DNA from: Bigelowiella natans CCMP2755
Lineage: Eukaryota > Protista > Cercozoa
DNA: 64,000 bases
Direction of reading: 5' to 3'
Assembly (NCBI GenBank): GCA_000320545.1
Contig: ADNK01001186.1
Span: 8,068-72,067 of the forward strand
The position numbers and the translations under genes are program-made. The notes beneath the pieces are model-generated. The model had not been told where the DNA came from, did not search any database, and saw nothing but the letters and a program-made list of their open reading frames with translations. Each line of letters starts with the position of its first letter. Within the stretch, counting starts at the first letter, position 1. Positions 14,359-29,306 of the stretch are shown piece by piece.

Positions 14359-15914
14359 ATGCTAATGCTTGATGCTTACACCGGAAGTGTCAAGAAGGCC
14401 ACGCTCAGCACCGTGGGGCATGTGGTAGATGCATTCGCCAACAATAGTGGGGAAATGAGAGGCATCATCACGGAGGGAGAAGAGAACAGCCGGTTCGACC
14501 CTGAAACAGTGGTTAGGACACCTGCATAAAAATAATACAAAGGAACCAAAAGCATAACGCCTTACTGTATTTTCGTGTTTGAACGCTGTTAATCATTTAT
14601 CTTCGTCCCCCTCTTCTGATAGGTTGTTAACATTGTACACGGCGAATTCTTCGCGGGCCATGGTTATGTCGTAGGCCCCAGTCAGCGTATCACATTTAGC
14701 AAGTAATTGGTTCAACAATGCCGCGACTAATACGTCGTATCCCAAGCAGAAGAAATACGATTCGTATTACTGTACTTAGGGTCATGTGTGTAGCCTCTTC
14801 AAGTAAATTAAAAACGAAGAATTCGTTCTTCCTCTTTTCATTTCACAGAAAACAGCATAAGTATTCGAAAATTTGTCATATCCACAAAATCGCCTTTTGT
14901 TGCTGTCACGCACGACATAGATATCTACATCTTCGAGATGTTAGTGACATGTTCGGGTCGGAGGATGAGGTGCTCTTGTACCGGGAAAATAGGACAAAGA
15001 GAGAAAGTGGAAGACGTAGGTGTGTGTGTTTAAGTGAGGTAGAGAGAAAGGGCGAGAGAGAGGGGGGGAGAAAGCGAGAGAGATAGTGGGGGGGGGGGGG
15101 AGGGGGGGAGAGATTCGTGACAACCAACTCCATCATAGTTATAATGACCGCCAACACCCTCATCAAAACATCTTAGCAACAACGAAAGTTAATCATTCCA
15201 CAACGGATATCATATAACTCATGATGGTCGTCAGGCAAACACACCAACTTCAAATACATCGAGGAATGCCAGTTTGGAGAGCGAACGAGCCCTTGGAAGT
15301 TACTCTTGGAGCCCTTTCCTTGGTAAATGTTGGTACCAGAACACCCACCTACGGCGTCATCGTAGCGGAAAACAACGGAATATTGGTAGTAGTGACAACT
15401 AATCCTGATGCTGTTCCAACAGAAAGAACAAGGAGTGTTTTCATTAAATAGTAATAATCATCGTTGTCATCATCATCGGTTGCAGCCGCAGCAGATTCCA
15501 GAGGATTGGACTCCGTTCAGACTTACGGTTACATTAATTGTTAGGAACAACCACACAATCCATAGTGCTACAGAGAAAATCTAGCAATAGAAAATGAAAG
15601 ATGTTGATGATGCACTACGATGATGATGATAATGATAGCTCCAAAGGAAGCTAATCAAGCCCTTCCTCCCCCCCTCCCTCGGATGTGATTTTCTTACCAA
15701 GAGCAAGGAAGCACTCCAGCTGATGGCCACTCCTCGCAAACCTCCCCTTCCTCCTCTTCCTCCTTTGCATTTTGTGCTTCACCATTTGCAGGATATGTCG
15801 AAGACGCTGGCGGAGCTCACAAAGGACAGTGCTGACAGCCACCAGCTCTCGGTACTTCTTTTTAGATGTAGCAGCGTGCTAGTAGGTAGTGGCCACTAAC
15901 AGCAGTCGTAGTAA

Positions 15915-15948
<34 letters not shown>

Positions 15949-17159
15949 TGATTTCGCATGACTTCTGCTGCTACTATTACTATAGCGCTTTATTAATATC
16001 ATCACATAGTGGTGAAATTACCAGCATCACCCTCTAGTCCAGGTAGACGCATAAAGGAAAGCAGAGCGTGGCTTTGTCACAATCATAAATGTATTTAAAT
16101 CGAGTCGTACACTAATTTGGAAAAACTTTCCTCGGTCACAATTCTCCTCCTCCATCTGTCACCGTGGCTCTCCCTCCGCCAATCCCCCCCCTTTTCCTCT
16201 CATTCATCCTGCTCTGCAATGCAATAGTTAATGGTGGAGCACGTGAAAGCACGACGTAGTAAAGGATTGCCTTGGTCAAACCAAGTCTGGATGAAGGATA
16301 TGAAGGTGGTAGATGCTGTCGATATATTTCTGTCAGGCAGCTGCAGTGGCCGGAGTCTTCTTCTTCTTCTTTTTCTTCTTCTTCTTCTTTTCCCCGTCCT
16401 TCGCTCTCTTCCTCCTCCTCCCTCCCCCTCTTTTGATAGCATTTAATGGAACGCAGTACTGATTACCACTGTATTTCTTATCATATTTTTCTTCGATTTT
16501 GTTATGTGTTAGGTATGGGATCTAGTTGAGGTGAGGGTGGGGAGAAACTCATGGTGTGAGGTCCAGATCTTATCGATGGAGTCATCGGGGAAACACGCTG
16601 AATTTTACGTCTGTCCTGTCGGCTCGAGCGGGTTGTCCCTCCACATCATCACTCTATTGTCGATCTACCTCATCAAACATACTTTTGGAAAAAAAATCGA
16701 ACATTACCACGCAGCTATTCCTCTGTATGAGTAATGGCCGATGGTCATTGATTTGCAAAACCTGCATTGCGCACATCACACTATGGTGACTATGAAAATG
16801 CTGATGCGAATGATAAACGGTATTGTTGGTGGTGGAAATGATGCAGAGACTGCAGCAGGAAAGACTGCTTTTGGGCGTCAACCCTATACGGTCGTGTGAG
16901 CCCTCTTGGGAGCAACAACACGACACCGCTGCCATATCTTGAGTGCTTCTGCAGGGCCAGTAGCAGCCTTAGTAGTGGACATCGAAGATGTGATTGTGAG
17001 TCTCACAATCGACGAATACAGGAGAAAACGGTAGTAGTAGTCGTAGTAGTAGTAGTAGTAACAGTAGTCGTAGTAGTAACAGTGGTAGTGGTAGTAGTAG
17101 TTGTTGTTGTAGTGGCAGGGGTGGTAGTACCAAAAAAAAAAGAAAGCTGTTCGATGCCA

Positions 17160-17217
<58 letters not shown>

Positions 17218-18713
17218 GCCCCGTTCCCCCTGTGCTATGATCCTACTGGCCTTGCCTTCTTGCTTTGGCGTTAAAGCTAATGATAGTGATGAAGTAGCAA
17301 GCACCAAATCAATATCAGTGCCCTAATCCTGATTGAATAAGACGAAGCGCGAGAAAAAAATTAATAAAACACACACGCAAAACAAAAAACGGATGCACAT
17401 GTTCGTATTCCCAACACCACCTAGCTCCTCCTGATGCAGTTACTACTACTCTTGCAATGAGGTTTTCCCACGTTTCGTCACCAGAAACCATTCCCATTAC
17501 CGTTACACATGACGAACATCATCCCCATCGCCACGATATGACCAACAGGTACATCGTTACCGCATCATGGCAAGTGCAACGTCAATCCCTCGCAGTAGCA
17601 TAGCATACGCCAAGTGCGCTCTTGGGCTAGCTTCTGCGCATGGCATTGGAGGGGTGCGGCGGGATGAAAAGGCAGCCGTTCAGCTCTACACAGAGGCTGC
17701 GGTGCTGGGCCAACCTCGAGCAGAATACTTGCTTGCAAGATGCTACGAGGCTGGATTTGTGGTGTCGAAAGACTGCTCCCAGGCCCTTCAGTGGTTTCAA
17801 AAGGCGGCAAGGAATGGCAGGGCTTGCGAGGCGACCAAGCGTTCAGCTATGCGCTCCCTTTCCCAGCGCTACGTCGACTTCTAGAAGGTGAGCTGCACAA
17901 CCAGCAACTGCATTGCATTTCTCTCGCTATGATAAAAAGAGCTGTCCTGCTACTGCATTGAGGTGTGCCGCAGAGGGGCCACAGGAGATAGAAAAGGAGG
18001 GAGGGGGAGACAAATTCACTTGTTCTTTTTTAAGAATTGAATTGTGAGGTGCGGGCAGGTTGTGATATCGCCGACGTAGGTCCATAACGTGTTAGCTATG
18101 ATGCTTCTTTCTCTTGAAGCGCCTACTGCCTCATAGCCACCTAAACGTATCGGACGTAAGAAGAGGCAACAATGTGAAAAATTAAAGGCACTAGAGTTAT
18201 TGTTAGCACCTGTGATCAGGTACAAAAAGTGCTTGAGCGCGATTTAAGCCAATTGTGGATGCTGCATACCACGCTGTTAAACGAAGCGCTGTTTCCTATG
18301 AAAAGTTCTGACCGTCCTCGAACGCCCAGAGGAAGGCCCTTCTGTAATCTCACAGAAGAACAAAAACTAAAACGCAGCCTCAAAAATCGGTCGAAAAGAC
18401 GCTTCACAAAGTGCGGCATCATCACGTGATAAGCACAAATCGTTGTATTTATTTTGAAACATGATGATACTGCTACGAAATCTGTATTTCTCATACAAAC
18501 TGCACTAGAAGAAACACATGCACCCTCTCAATTCTTCATCCATGCATAAAAGCATAGCACAACATACATAAGAGAACTCTCCCACGCGCGCACACAAATA
18601 ATTACAATTCTCCATCAAATGTAATACAGAAATACGTTGAGTATTATATCTATTATTACTATCATTCTGCTTATTAATATTATGAGTTCTGCTTATTAAT
18701 ATTATGAGTAATG

Positions 18714-18744
<31 letters not shown>

Positions 18745-18948
18745 TAATGGTGCAATGAGTCTCATTTTCCCTAAAAACCTGTAAGGTATACCTTGGCAGA
18801 ATCTGAGGTCAATGATGGGGTTACTCGTTGCCAAACTGGGGAAGATGGATATGGTCGCAGCAACAACGATGATGTCGCTGTCATGATTGCAAGAGATGTT
18901 AGCGACTCCTCACGATGTCTAAAGGCAAACTGTTGTTCAGTCGTTTAA
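14359..18948 (+). CDS. SEL1-like repeat protein, multi-exon, predicted C-terminal CaaX (CCSVV)
   Basis: Exon 17567-17880 carries SEL1 repeats (ALGLASAHGIGGVRRDEKAAVQLYTEAA; AEYLLARCYEAGFVVSKDCSQALQWFQKAA). Phase-compatible exons at about 18220-18389 and 18786-18948 end KANCCSVV*. Linkage of the 5' exons (from 14359) is uncertain; this could be two genes. Confidence 0.5.
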
Positions 18949-19974
18949 CAGTAACCGTAACAGTGGCAGTAACGTGTCGTAAGTTTGTTTGTGTCCAGAG
19001 AGGAATAGCCCTGCCCCGATAAGAAAGACGCTCGTGCACCGTATCGCAGGCAACAACAATACGTGTTACGCGTCGTACACACATATAGCGTTGTTGTTTC
19101 ATAAGTCTCTTGACATTGAATCGAGACTCATAAATATATGGCTCACAAAACCTGCTGGTACGCCGTACGTATGACGTGCTAGATCTCACAATTATTATTA
19201 GGCAACTTGCGTGTACCGTGTGTACGTAATTACGTGCTAGCACATGCTTCAACATCGTAGCGTATGTACATAGGCGATACACACACACAAAAACAAACGC
19301 ACATAGACACAAACACGCTTACTTACTTCCCGGCTACGACCAAATACAATCATTCTACACAGCGCAGGGATGACAATTCTGTTGCATGTACACAAGTGAC
19401 GTCGATCATTGTGCACCACTGCTAGACCAGCCTAGCAGCGTGTCGTAGCACATATACGCATCATCAGAAACAACACATAAGATCCGATTGGCGTACAAAT
19501 GCCCCATCATGCATCGCAGCAGCATGACAATTGCAGCATCGTTCGTTGAACTTAGAATGTACTCACGAACATTGTGGCACGTTGTTCAAATAGACGACCG
19601 GTATCGTATACATGAAACAAAACTCATCTGAGAATTTAAAGATCACAGCTTTTTGGATTTCACATTGAATCTAGAACAATATCTACATTGATTATTATTT
19701 CCTACATTTCATCATGCTATCTAGTAGAGATGAACAACTAGTCGTGAATTTTATCGCAAGAGAAGTACTAGATACTAAACACCGAACTCTTTGTGAGGTT
19801 ACAAGCAATTGAAATAGCTTGCTGTGAAAGACGCTTCCTTGACTCTATTTTAATAGCTGTCACAAGTAAAAACTATTGAATAATTGTTCTTTTTACTCTA
19901 TAAGGTGCGAGAAACAATAGAAATAGTTAGCTGGTTTCATCATATTTTTCATCTTCCAGTACGAGAATAGATAA

Positions 19975-20346
19975 CTAAAGCTCTTCTTCCTGGTCTACAT
20001 GCATCGAGTATGCAAAAATGGTGACAAATGCAGCTATACTTCCAGGAGCTCGGATTTTTTTGGGGTATTGAATCGATATCGTCTCGTCATTATTTTTATC
20101 CCAGTAGGAGGCTGATGCTGTATGTATCCCATGCCCTGTCCTTTGTATTATTGTGCACGTCGCGCTGAATTTAAACGCCTTATCAGCTCCTAGAGTATCA
20201 AGCTTAGCCATAGTTTTTTCAAGTATCGAATTAATCCATTTTGGTGTCTTCCTCTCTTCAAACCGCTTGTCTTTAAGTTCATCACTAACAATCTGATACA
20301 CTTCCTCCGCAACTTTGCCCTTGGCCCAGACGAAATCTTCGGACAT
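19975..20346 (-). CDS. DYNLT: Tctex-1 family dynein light chain (intronless)
   Basis: 123 aa; KWINSILEKTMAKL...FKFSATCTIIQRTGHGIHTASASYWDKNND matches the Tctex-1 consensus. Confidence 0.88.
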   Translation of the reverse strand: MSEDFVWAKGKVAEEVYQIVSDELKDKRFEERKTPKWINSILEKTMAKLDTLGADKAFKFSATCTIIQRTGHGIHTASASYWDKNNDETISIQYPKKIRAPGSIAAFVTIFAYSMHVDQEEEL

Positions 20347-20934
20347 GGTGTTGACTCAGCAGAAATTCCAACAAGGTCCAAAAGGTTATTGCATTCAAAA
20401 GCGTAGACTATATGGATGATAGGACTTCCAACTCTTGAGGCACCTGGCAGGGTTGGGGATTATCCTTCAGTTACTCGGCGCAGAGAAAACCAACGCCCTA
20501 AATTATCTTAACGGTAATCAATTTAGGTTGTCGCATATTTGAAAATACAAGACATTTTCTGGACGCCAGAGTTCCGGGAGACAAGTGGTTCTTATTCTTT
20601 TTGTTGCGAGATATTTCCACAATTAGGCTCACAAATATACGGGATATATCTATAAATATCCCATAAAAATATGTATTCCAATGGGGGACGGGGGCAAAAT
20701 TTCAGAATTTAATATAGAAAATTTACGCCTGTAATGACCACACCATGACCATACTCTATTTGTTTTTTCTTCCGACTGTGAGTGCCATATGAATTTTGTG
20801 TGCCGTGACTTATAAGATATTTGCGGTTAAAAACTCAGACTGAATTACAGTTCAAAGAGACACGTGGCACGGCACCAAAAGTAGGGGGGGGGACAACGAG
20901 GCACAGGCATTCTTTCCCTGTTGTTCGGCGAAAA

Positions 20935-23013
20935 ATGAGAGTCTTCATCAAGAACTCATTGCGGAGAGGGATATTATTTTCTTCCAGAGAGCCTGTGCGG
21001 TTATGGAGGCTGAATGGCTGCCGAATCTCCGGGGAAAGAGTAGCGAAGATGGCAACCAGCAGTCGGGGCGCAGAGGAAGCTAAGACCGTTGAACAGCAAC
21101 CAGTGGATATTCCCGACCTCAAGTCCACACTGAGAAAGTTCTACATGCGGGTTAGGATCCAACGAATTGCATATTTGTATGGTCGTCGTTGTGCATAGAT
21201 AGGCCAACTGAGCAGCACGTGAATCTGAGTTACAAATTTGGTTTTCAGGTACATCCTGATTTGTTCGATAGTCACGAAGAAGCACGAAAGAAGAATACAG
21301 AGGTAATGCGACGTAGTTTCTCAACAAAGGCTACGATAGATTTTGTTCTCATTCAAGTGCTTTATAAATAACATGTCAAAAGAGCCTCAGTCTTCTCACC
21401 GGGTTAACCGACTCTCTCGCATCGGACGACCTGACAATAAAATCCTGCAGCTTGCAGTTTTTTATTCGAGGCGAGCATGTAAGATGGGAGCAAAAGAAGG
21501 TGGGGGGGGGGGGGGGGTAGGCTTTTCGCGTTTCTGTAACAAGTAACAATAATATGTTTACTAAAGGAGGAGAAGGAAAACGAGCTGAGCAAGATTGGAG
21601 TTACAATTCAAGGCGACTATGGAGCTCCACGAAACCCTCGCTACATGCGATCGTTGCACAGATCACTTTCGAGCTTATTCCTACAGAGCGGTGTGAATGC
21701 TAAGTGGTGTTGTAAGTGCCAGTGAGTCGAAGCTCAACACACTATTTTTTTCAAAGGTTTAGATCCCGATTTCGTGTGGGGAGACACGTTTGCTCAGGCA
21801 TCGAGTTCGGACGACTCAACAGCATTTTCACGGAGTAGGGACTATGAATTCGAGGAGGGGACGCTACAAGGGTGAGAATCTGCAAAAATGTTGTGTTATC
21901 GTGTCCTGTTTCGATGCGGCACTCTTTTCAAGTGATAGTTTCATAGGGTTATATCTCTGTGAGCTTCTTTCCATCTTCTTCAGCAGATCTTACGACGCGC
22001 AATTTAGACCGCACACTTTTGTATTCGAATGGCTATCTTTGCGAATGCTTCGTGTAGGTATCTCGAACGAAATCACAGATTGGCGGTTCTTAGAATGGAA
22101 CGTGCGAGGTAGATTCTGTTAATACCTGGGACGAGAAATCCTTCAAATGCCCGACCAACTATAATCCATAGTTGAACCCTCGATTTCGCGCCCTACACAC
22201 AAGCACTACTACCGCTACTACGAGCGCCATCATCGTTGTTGATGTCGAATCGGTTTTTCATCAGGGTTCTGGCACAACGGCTGCAGCTGCTGGACATAAC
22301 CCTCAGATCGCAGCGCTTTCGGTCAATTTTCGATAATTTCGCAGGAGACGTGACGACGGAGCATCATGTACGTGCACACACCGAGCCATTGTTGGACAAC
22401 ATTTCCCTCCTACCGTCAATGCGCGGGTTTGCAGAACGACTGCTGACTTTGGCGTGTTTGCTAATTGCAAGGAATTTCAGTACAGCTGCCTCACAGAACT
22501 GCGACGACTGCTTGGCATAAAGGCTCCAGAAAGCTTCTTCGACGATGATGGAGGAGGAGGACACTTCAAGGCAGGGAAGGCTGCAACAGGGGGGGGGACG
22601 GAGGCAGGGGCAAAGGAGTGGAAGGAAAGAGACTCTTCTTCCTCCTCCTCTTCCTCCTCCTCCCCACCACCATCATCTACAACAACAGAAACAACAAATT
22701 CGAAAACGTCTGAAGAGGACACCTCATATCATACCGAAAGCGAAAAGGAAGAAGGGTTTAGAATAGAATTAGGCGAGGAGGAGAAGTGGCATCTGATACT
22801 TCGGGAAAAGCTCGCAGGGAGAGTCTTCGTCTTCAGTAGCAGCGACGACATGTGCCGCGTAGATGGGCTGGGCAGGATAATTCTTCCCGTGCACTTGAAA
22901 GCTGAGGACTGGCTCCAGCAGATCATAGAGAAAGACCTAAGCCGAGAAGCAAGGACAAAGGCTAAAGCAGCTCAAATCACGGAACAACGGCAACGGTAAG
23001 AGATCGAGAAAGG

Positions 23014-23050
<37 letters not shown>

Positions 23051-23443
23051 AGGGAAAACAAGAGAGAGAAATGACGAAGTATGCGTTGAGCTTATAAATA
23101 GCAATTGCAACGTAACGCCTTCATTGCATGATTTAGTAGATGCAGCAATCGGTAGAGCAGGCGACGACTAGTTCTCTTGATTTTGCATCGTCTTCACACT
23201 TTATCACCCAGCGCTCTCTCAACCCCTCCCGCCCCCCTCCCCTCCTTTTTATCTATATTTCTTCTCCACGAAATTACAGGAAAGTTGGCGAGGCTCTAGG
23301 CATGCGACATCTATTTTGTGACCCAGATTTGCATTCTGACACGTAATCATGATCATTGGTTATTTGGAACCTGTTCCTCTCCTGCTCACACGCATTGTGA
23401 CTCCTACCTGCTATTTCAACTCTCTCCCCACCTCCCACCCAAC

Positions 23444-23490
<47 letters not shown>

Positions 23491-24049
23491 TTCTTGCACA
23501 CGTGCACACGCGCTTTGACGCATACACCAGATCATATATTACGTTCTTGAATCGTTTGGAGGAATCACCGGATGCCCTAAAGAAATTCTTCGAGGACTTT
23601 CCGGAAAGAGCCTCAGTACCAATAAGGTAAGTAAATGGAGTGGGAATAGCGGAGAACAGCTCCATCGCGCTTTCTGAGCATTTGTCCGTAACATAATTGG
23701 CAGTTTGCCATTTGTTTGTGAAGTGGCTATTGGGTGCCTCGGAACATTCGCTTTCGAAAACAATCTAATAATGATGATGGCAGTTCTTTGACCATCGATG
23801 AGTACCATGTTTGGCCCGCAGAGGGTTGCCTCTGCTCCCTGTCCCTATCGAGTGTATGATTTCGACTATTAGCGATCTCACCTGCACGCATGCACGAGGA
23901 CACACCCACGCCTGCACACGCACACATATAATCTTTCAGGGTTCACCCAGGACGAATAAGGCCACGGAACCCGATCCACAAAGACCTGGTATCTAAATCT
24001 GATGTGTGTGTGTGTGTGTGTGCGTGCGTGTTGTTATTCTAACACGTTT

Positions 24050-24090
<41 letters not shown>

Positions 24091-25227
24091 TCGCCGTGCA
24101 TATAGGGCGTGTTGTCAATACCTGTTGAGTGCACCCCGGCAAAGCTGCTTCATGTCCTCCAGTCGAGAGGGGAACAAGCACAGTACATCCACGCAGCTTA
24201 TCTAAAGGTCTAGATCAACTTCATAACGGTGGTGGTGTGATGGTGGCATGGTGGAAGGAGAACACACGGTGAAGTCGCAACAAGGACTACTTCTCTCATG
24301 AAATACCTGACGTCGTCAGCGTTTACAAATAGCACTAGCCGCCAAAAGCTGGAGTGGCTGCTTCTCAACACATGAGCAACAACAACAACAACAACAACAA
24401 CAACAAGTAAAACATTACTTCCCCTCTCCATCTTAGGAGCAGAAAGACAGCGATGAGCTGCTTCTCGACACGAAGAGGAGCCTTAAGCTACAGGGCCTAC
24501 GGAAGAGGTAATGCTATCAGCATGGTGGTTGTTGACTAGTGACACTAGGCGGGTGGGGGGGGCAGGCAGGGAGCGATATGGTAAAAGTAGTTGTGCTATC
24601 ATGTTGTGTTATACATCACAATGTCCCCTCTACACCCATCGCACTACTTATTGCGGTGCCAAATCATCGTGAGGTTGTTTGTCTGAGAGACGCCATCGAT
24701 GATAGCCTTTTCCTCTCTAACGCTATTTTCATGCGAGGTCATTGGATAGAAGGCCATCGACCCTCGAAATTTAGAGAAACATTAGCCGTGAAAATTCGTG
24801 TAATTGATTCTGCTCCCCCCCCCCCCCCCCGGTGCTTGTGGTTCGAAGCTCTAGGGCGAGTGATGTACAGATGAAGGACTGCTGCCGTCGTCTCTTGTGC
24901 ATCCCTATGAAAGACAGGTCGGGTAGTAGTAGACTTAGCAGAAACATGTAGTAGTAATAGCAGCAGTATGATGGTGGTAGTGTAGTAGTGAGGTAGATCA
25001 TTCAAAGGAGGTGAGTTTCCCCGTTCTCAACGGCCAAGTGTCAGACATGACGACGTTGGCGTTTTTCTTCGTGTATTCTGTGCTATATGTTGAGAGGGAC
25101 ATAGGATTGCTGTGAATTCACTCCATTTAGGTACGTTTTCGAGGGCCTCACCTTGATTATTTGCAACAACTACGATGTGAAGGGGAATGGGGATGTTAGA
25201 ATAAAATGGAACTGGCAGCAGAAATAA
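20935..25227 (+). CDS. TCAIM: TCAIM-like mitochondrial protein (DUF4460/DUF4461 type), multi-exon
   Basis: Arg-rich N-terminal presequence; LRKFYMR|VHPDLF (J-domain-like HPD); CRVDGLGRIILP; MKDCCRRLL; C-terminus YDVKGNGDVRIKWNWQQK*. Confidence 0.75.
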
Positions 25228-26400
25228 TTCACTTTTGAATAAAGTAAGGAGTGATACGCTATGCACGTTTGTTCTACAGCCCACACATAGGACATGCTAT
25301 ATTGCAATGTGTCTGCTTAGTTAATGATCAGAGGCCTGAAAAATAACCACCTGACCAATGTTATTATGCATGGATGAATATATGAGCTTGCATTCAGCTA
25401 CTGTGCTGCTACATTGCGGTATACAGTGCAGCGCCGCCTGATCACGAGATGCTAGAGATGGCAAAAAATTGCTACGCTAGCTACGTTCATTTTTGACGTT
25501 TTCACGACGCGTGATGCATGCAACGCATAATGTAGAGTCGTGTGTATGTCGCGGTACGCATGCTAGCATGCTATTGCATGATGACACGCGATACGCACGA
25601 GCAGCAGGCAAGCGTAGCCGGCTTGCCACACTAGCACAGCTAGCTAGATAACGACAGCTAGACAGCTCTAAGTAGTTGCTAGCGCAAGCACACCGCTGCC
25701 TGTGCGGCTCTAGAGCTAACTAGCTAAACTAGTGGACACTAGGACAGCTTGCTACTCGTCAGGATGAAAGCACTCTTGCACTTTAGCACTAGCTAGGCAG
25801 CGTAGTAGCGTAGCTAGCTAGCATTGCAGGTGAAAATGTCGATGCCAACAATGTGGTTGGAACAAAAAATGATGACACATTGCAAGTTTCCAACGTGATC
25901 GATTGCAGATGCATGCTAGCATGGTGTATGCATTTGAAAGCGTGACTTTCAAAAACGTTGTTGCAATGGCGGTACGTTGCAACAAAATTTGCCAGCATAG
26001 CATCATAGCGCACATGTTTGTGCACAGTCCATCTTTTCTGCTAGCTAGCTAGCATGTGCACAACTACATATGACCATGCTAGCTAGCTAGCACAGACAGC
26101 CATAGCTAGCATTGCTAGATTGTGCATGATCTACAGTGAGTGATGCATTGCAGCCGGCGCTACGCCATGCATCGAACCGCACAGAGATGCAACGTCTCGG
26201 TTCGCATGTATGTGTTTGCAACGTTCTTCTTCCTTGATCAGCGTCTCATCAATGTGCAGATTGAACTTGAACATGAGCAAAATGCAGCGAGGAGTTATCG
26301 GAAGCCTCGTCGAAAAAGAAAACCCACCTATTTCCATCAGAAGCCGCATCACGTACGTCACTTCAGCGGCAGTAGATGATGGCGAAGGTGCAGGCGATCC

Positions 26401-27106
26401 TTATTCCTTATTGATGGTGTACGTATAGGTTTTGCTCCCATCTTCGTTCACAAAAGTCGTTTTCAGGGAGGTCTTGTTCCCTTTATGAGCCATGAAACCG
26501 TACTTTCCTTCCATATATCCCTTCAATCCCTTGTATCCTTTGTTGACACCGTTGTGTTCGCGAGCCCCTGTGTGAATACAGACAGACGACACAACGGAAG
26601 ATCAGATTGTTAGCGCCCCCTCACCCCCCAGTATTTTTTTCCCACTTAGAAGTAAACATGACTGAAATCGACGTGCATGCGCATTACAATCACATGTTTG
26701 CCAGAATAAACGTCTATAAACAAATCAGCTCACCAGCTCCACTTCCAAAGTAAGAAACGCCATTCTTCACGATGTGTTGCAGGATATGGTCGTGGCCGTT
26801 GAAATACTAAGATTATGGTGAGTATTACGGATAATAGTGGATGATGGATTCATAAGATGTTGCTGTCCACTCTGCTCTGCGTTGTGAGACGGAGCTTCTC
26901 TTTCAACGCAGCTTACAAGAATTTAACATAAGCAAAAGAGTCTGCAGATCTTGGTGTGTAAGTGTGTGTGTGTACAGAATGGGTTTCGTAGTACCATATC
27001 GACATTGTATTTCTCAAGCAAGGGCTCAAGGGACTTGACCAAAGAGGGCGTGTCACCTGGTGATGATGATATCGACAGCCATTATTAAACGTACTCCAAA
27101 TAGCTT

Positions 27107-27173
<67 letters not shown>

Positions 27174-27503
27174 CAGACATGAAATGCCCAGAGAGTGTGA
27201 ACGCACCATGTTCGAATCGCGAAGCAGAATGTACTGGAAAGTGCCCCATCACAATTTTCCAGTCTGCAGTGCTGTATGGATGCATATGTAGTGAATGAGA
27301 AGAGCGGGGGCATGGCATGCCTAGTTGGCGAAAAGACGATTGCATCAAAATAGAGAATTCGCTGGTCGGTTGATAAATGGTGGAAGAAACGAAGACTCGG
27401 TAAAATGCTGCCCGTTTAGATAGTGCCGCAAACGCAGATGCACGAAGGGCTCCGCGATTTGCATGCATCAATATCCAAGCAGCACTGTTCTTATGAGCTT
27501 GGC

Positions 27504-27540
<37 letters not shown>

Positions 27541-29306
27541 TCGCACACAGCACCTTTTTGAAAGTGCTTTCTCGATAAATTGCAGCTGATCTGAGTCCGA
27601 AGAGACTTCGACGCGGTCTGATGGGTCCTCCTTAGGCAACATCATCATCATCATCATCGTCATCATTATGTCGGGGATTAAAAACGAAAGGAATATAAAT
27701 AGCTCTACTCAAAGAATATCGCAAAGCAGCAGCAGCAGCAGCTGTAGGAGCAGCAGCAATGGAATTGACCACCCACTTACCTCAGGGAAGTGCTTCAGGA
27801 GTTGATGTACAGTGCCATTGGTGATAACACCGGCTTCATGCTTTATGAGAACGTCAGTCAGATTGCGAAGAGCAGATCGGTTGGTTGCAGGGTCGAATTT
27901 CACGAAAGTATCGCCACCGTTTAATCTGAGGAGGAGTGAGGCAGCCATTATTTGAGTTTCTGCTCTTGTTTTCTGATTAGTTTCTCTTACGAGTTGAGTA
28001 CATAAATATGGCTGAAAAATCGCCAATGCGATGCTTGGCACAATGTGCGTGCGGGTTAAGCGCAGAAACTTGTCAATAACCAAAGCGCCCCAACTTCATG
28101 AGGACTGTAAACCGATGAAATGAATATTTCCCATCTACAAGTCGATTTTGCCTTATTGCCTACCATCTCCCAAGTGCATGCAACTGTATTTCTTCTTAAA
28201 ACAGCAATAACAGCAGCAGCAGCAGCAACAGCAGATATTTTGAAATTACGACCACCTCCATGTATCGATACTGAGAAGAGTGATAGACGTTCCGTCGGCG
28301 GCCGTGACGTCCTTCGAGTAATAAAGCGACGGGTAGTACCAACGATCAGATTTTTGAGTGTAGTCCATCTCGGCCTGGATGCCGGTGTTTCCGCCATAGT
28401 AATCGTGGTTCTGTTTTATCACGGCATGGTGACACGAGAATGGTGAGCTAGGGTGATGATACTGATAGATGATGCGGTTGTGCAGATTATTTCTCGAAGC
28501 GGTTGGAAAGGAAGGCTCACCCCTGCGCAGACGTACCACGGCACCTGCAACGCATCCTCCGCGAATGTATCCTCAAACTTCTCCTGGTTCAAGAGTGCAA
28601 TATTTATACGAAGAATTTCAAATCAGTATTTTTGGCGCTAAAAAAGAATAGAAGCAGATTCGCCTGCTGCTGAGACCTGAGACCAACACCACCACCGGCT
28701 GCTATCTCAACAGCTACTACCTAACTCGGATAGGCAACTACGACAAAGACGACTATTACTTATGAGGACAACAACAACCTTGAACTGTGGGTCATCTACT
28801 CCTGATACGCCTTTATCGTCTGATAGCAGATTGATGACAAATATGAATACGATTCGGTGTTCTCTACTTTTCAAATCGGTTCTGCTAATGAAACGGCCAC
28901 GTTCATTCGTTCGGCTCACTCCACCCTATAATATTAAATCTATGGTCTTACAGAAGTTGTCTCCGATCGCCAGGACAAACTATAGCAAGGAAGTTAAAAC
29001 TAGATCAGGAATAAATTCTTTACTTGCGCACCCAAAAAATAAAAATTGGTAGGGGGTTATATATATATGCTCCGGCAGAATTAAGACAATAGATATGCAG
29101 GCATCAAAGAATTAGTTTGGTGGTTTGATGAAATTAATTATGAAGAAATGTTGTTTTGTGTATACCTCGGGGGAGTATGATCCCATATGCTGGCTCAGTT
29201 TCTTGGCTCCTTTGTCCCCCCAATCGCCGATTGACAAGAAACTTGGTGATGCATAGAATAATTCAAAGCCAAACAGTGCATAAATGTGAAAAGCCAGAAA
29301 TTTCAT
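26401..29306 (-). CDS. Purple acid phosphatase (ACP5/TRAP-like metallophosphoesterase), secreted, multi-exon
   Basis: Signal peptide, then metal-ligand motifs in order: GDWG, GDNF, GNHDY, VMGHFP, NGHDH, SGAG, YGF. Confidence 0.92.

Noticed and set aside
14490-14503. GGTTCGACCC resembling a tRNA T-loop / Pol III B-box
   Set aside because: No cloverleaf or A-box around it, and it lies in a probable coding exon.
26131-26400. About 90 open codons in frame after the phosphatase stop codon (possible readthrough)
   Set aside because: The phosphatase domain is already complete, the stop is TAA, and the extension runs into TpA-poor DNA where stops are scarce.
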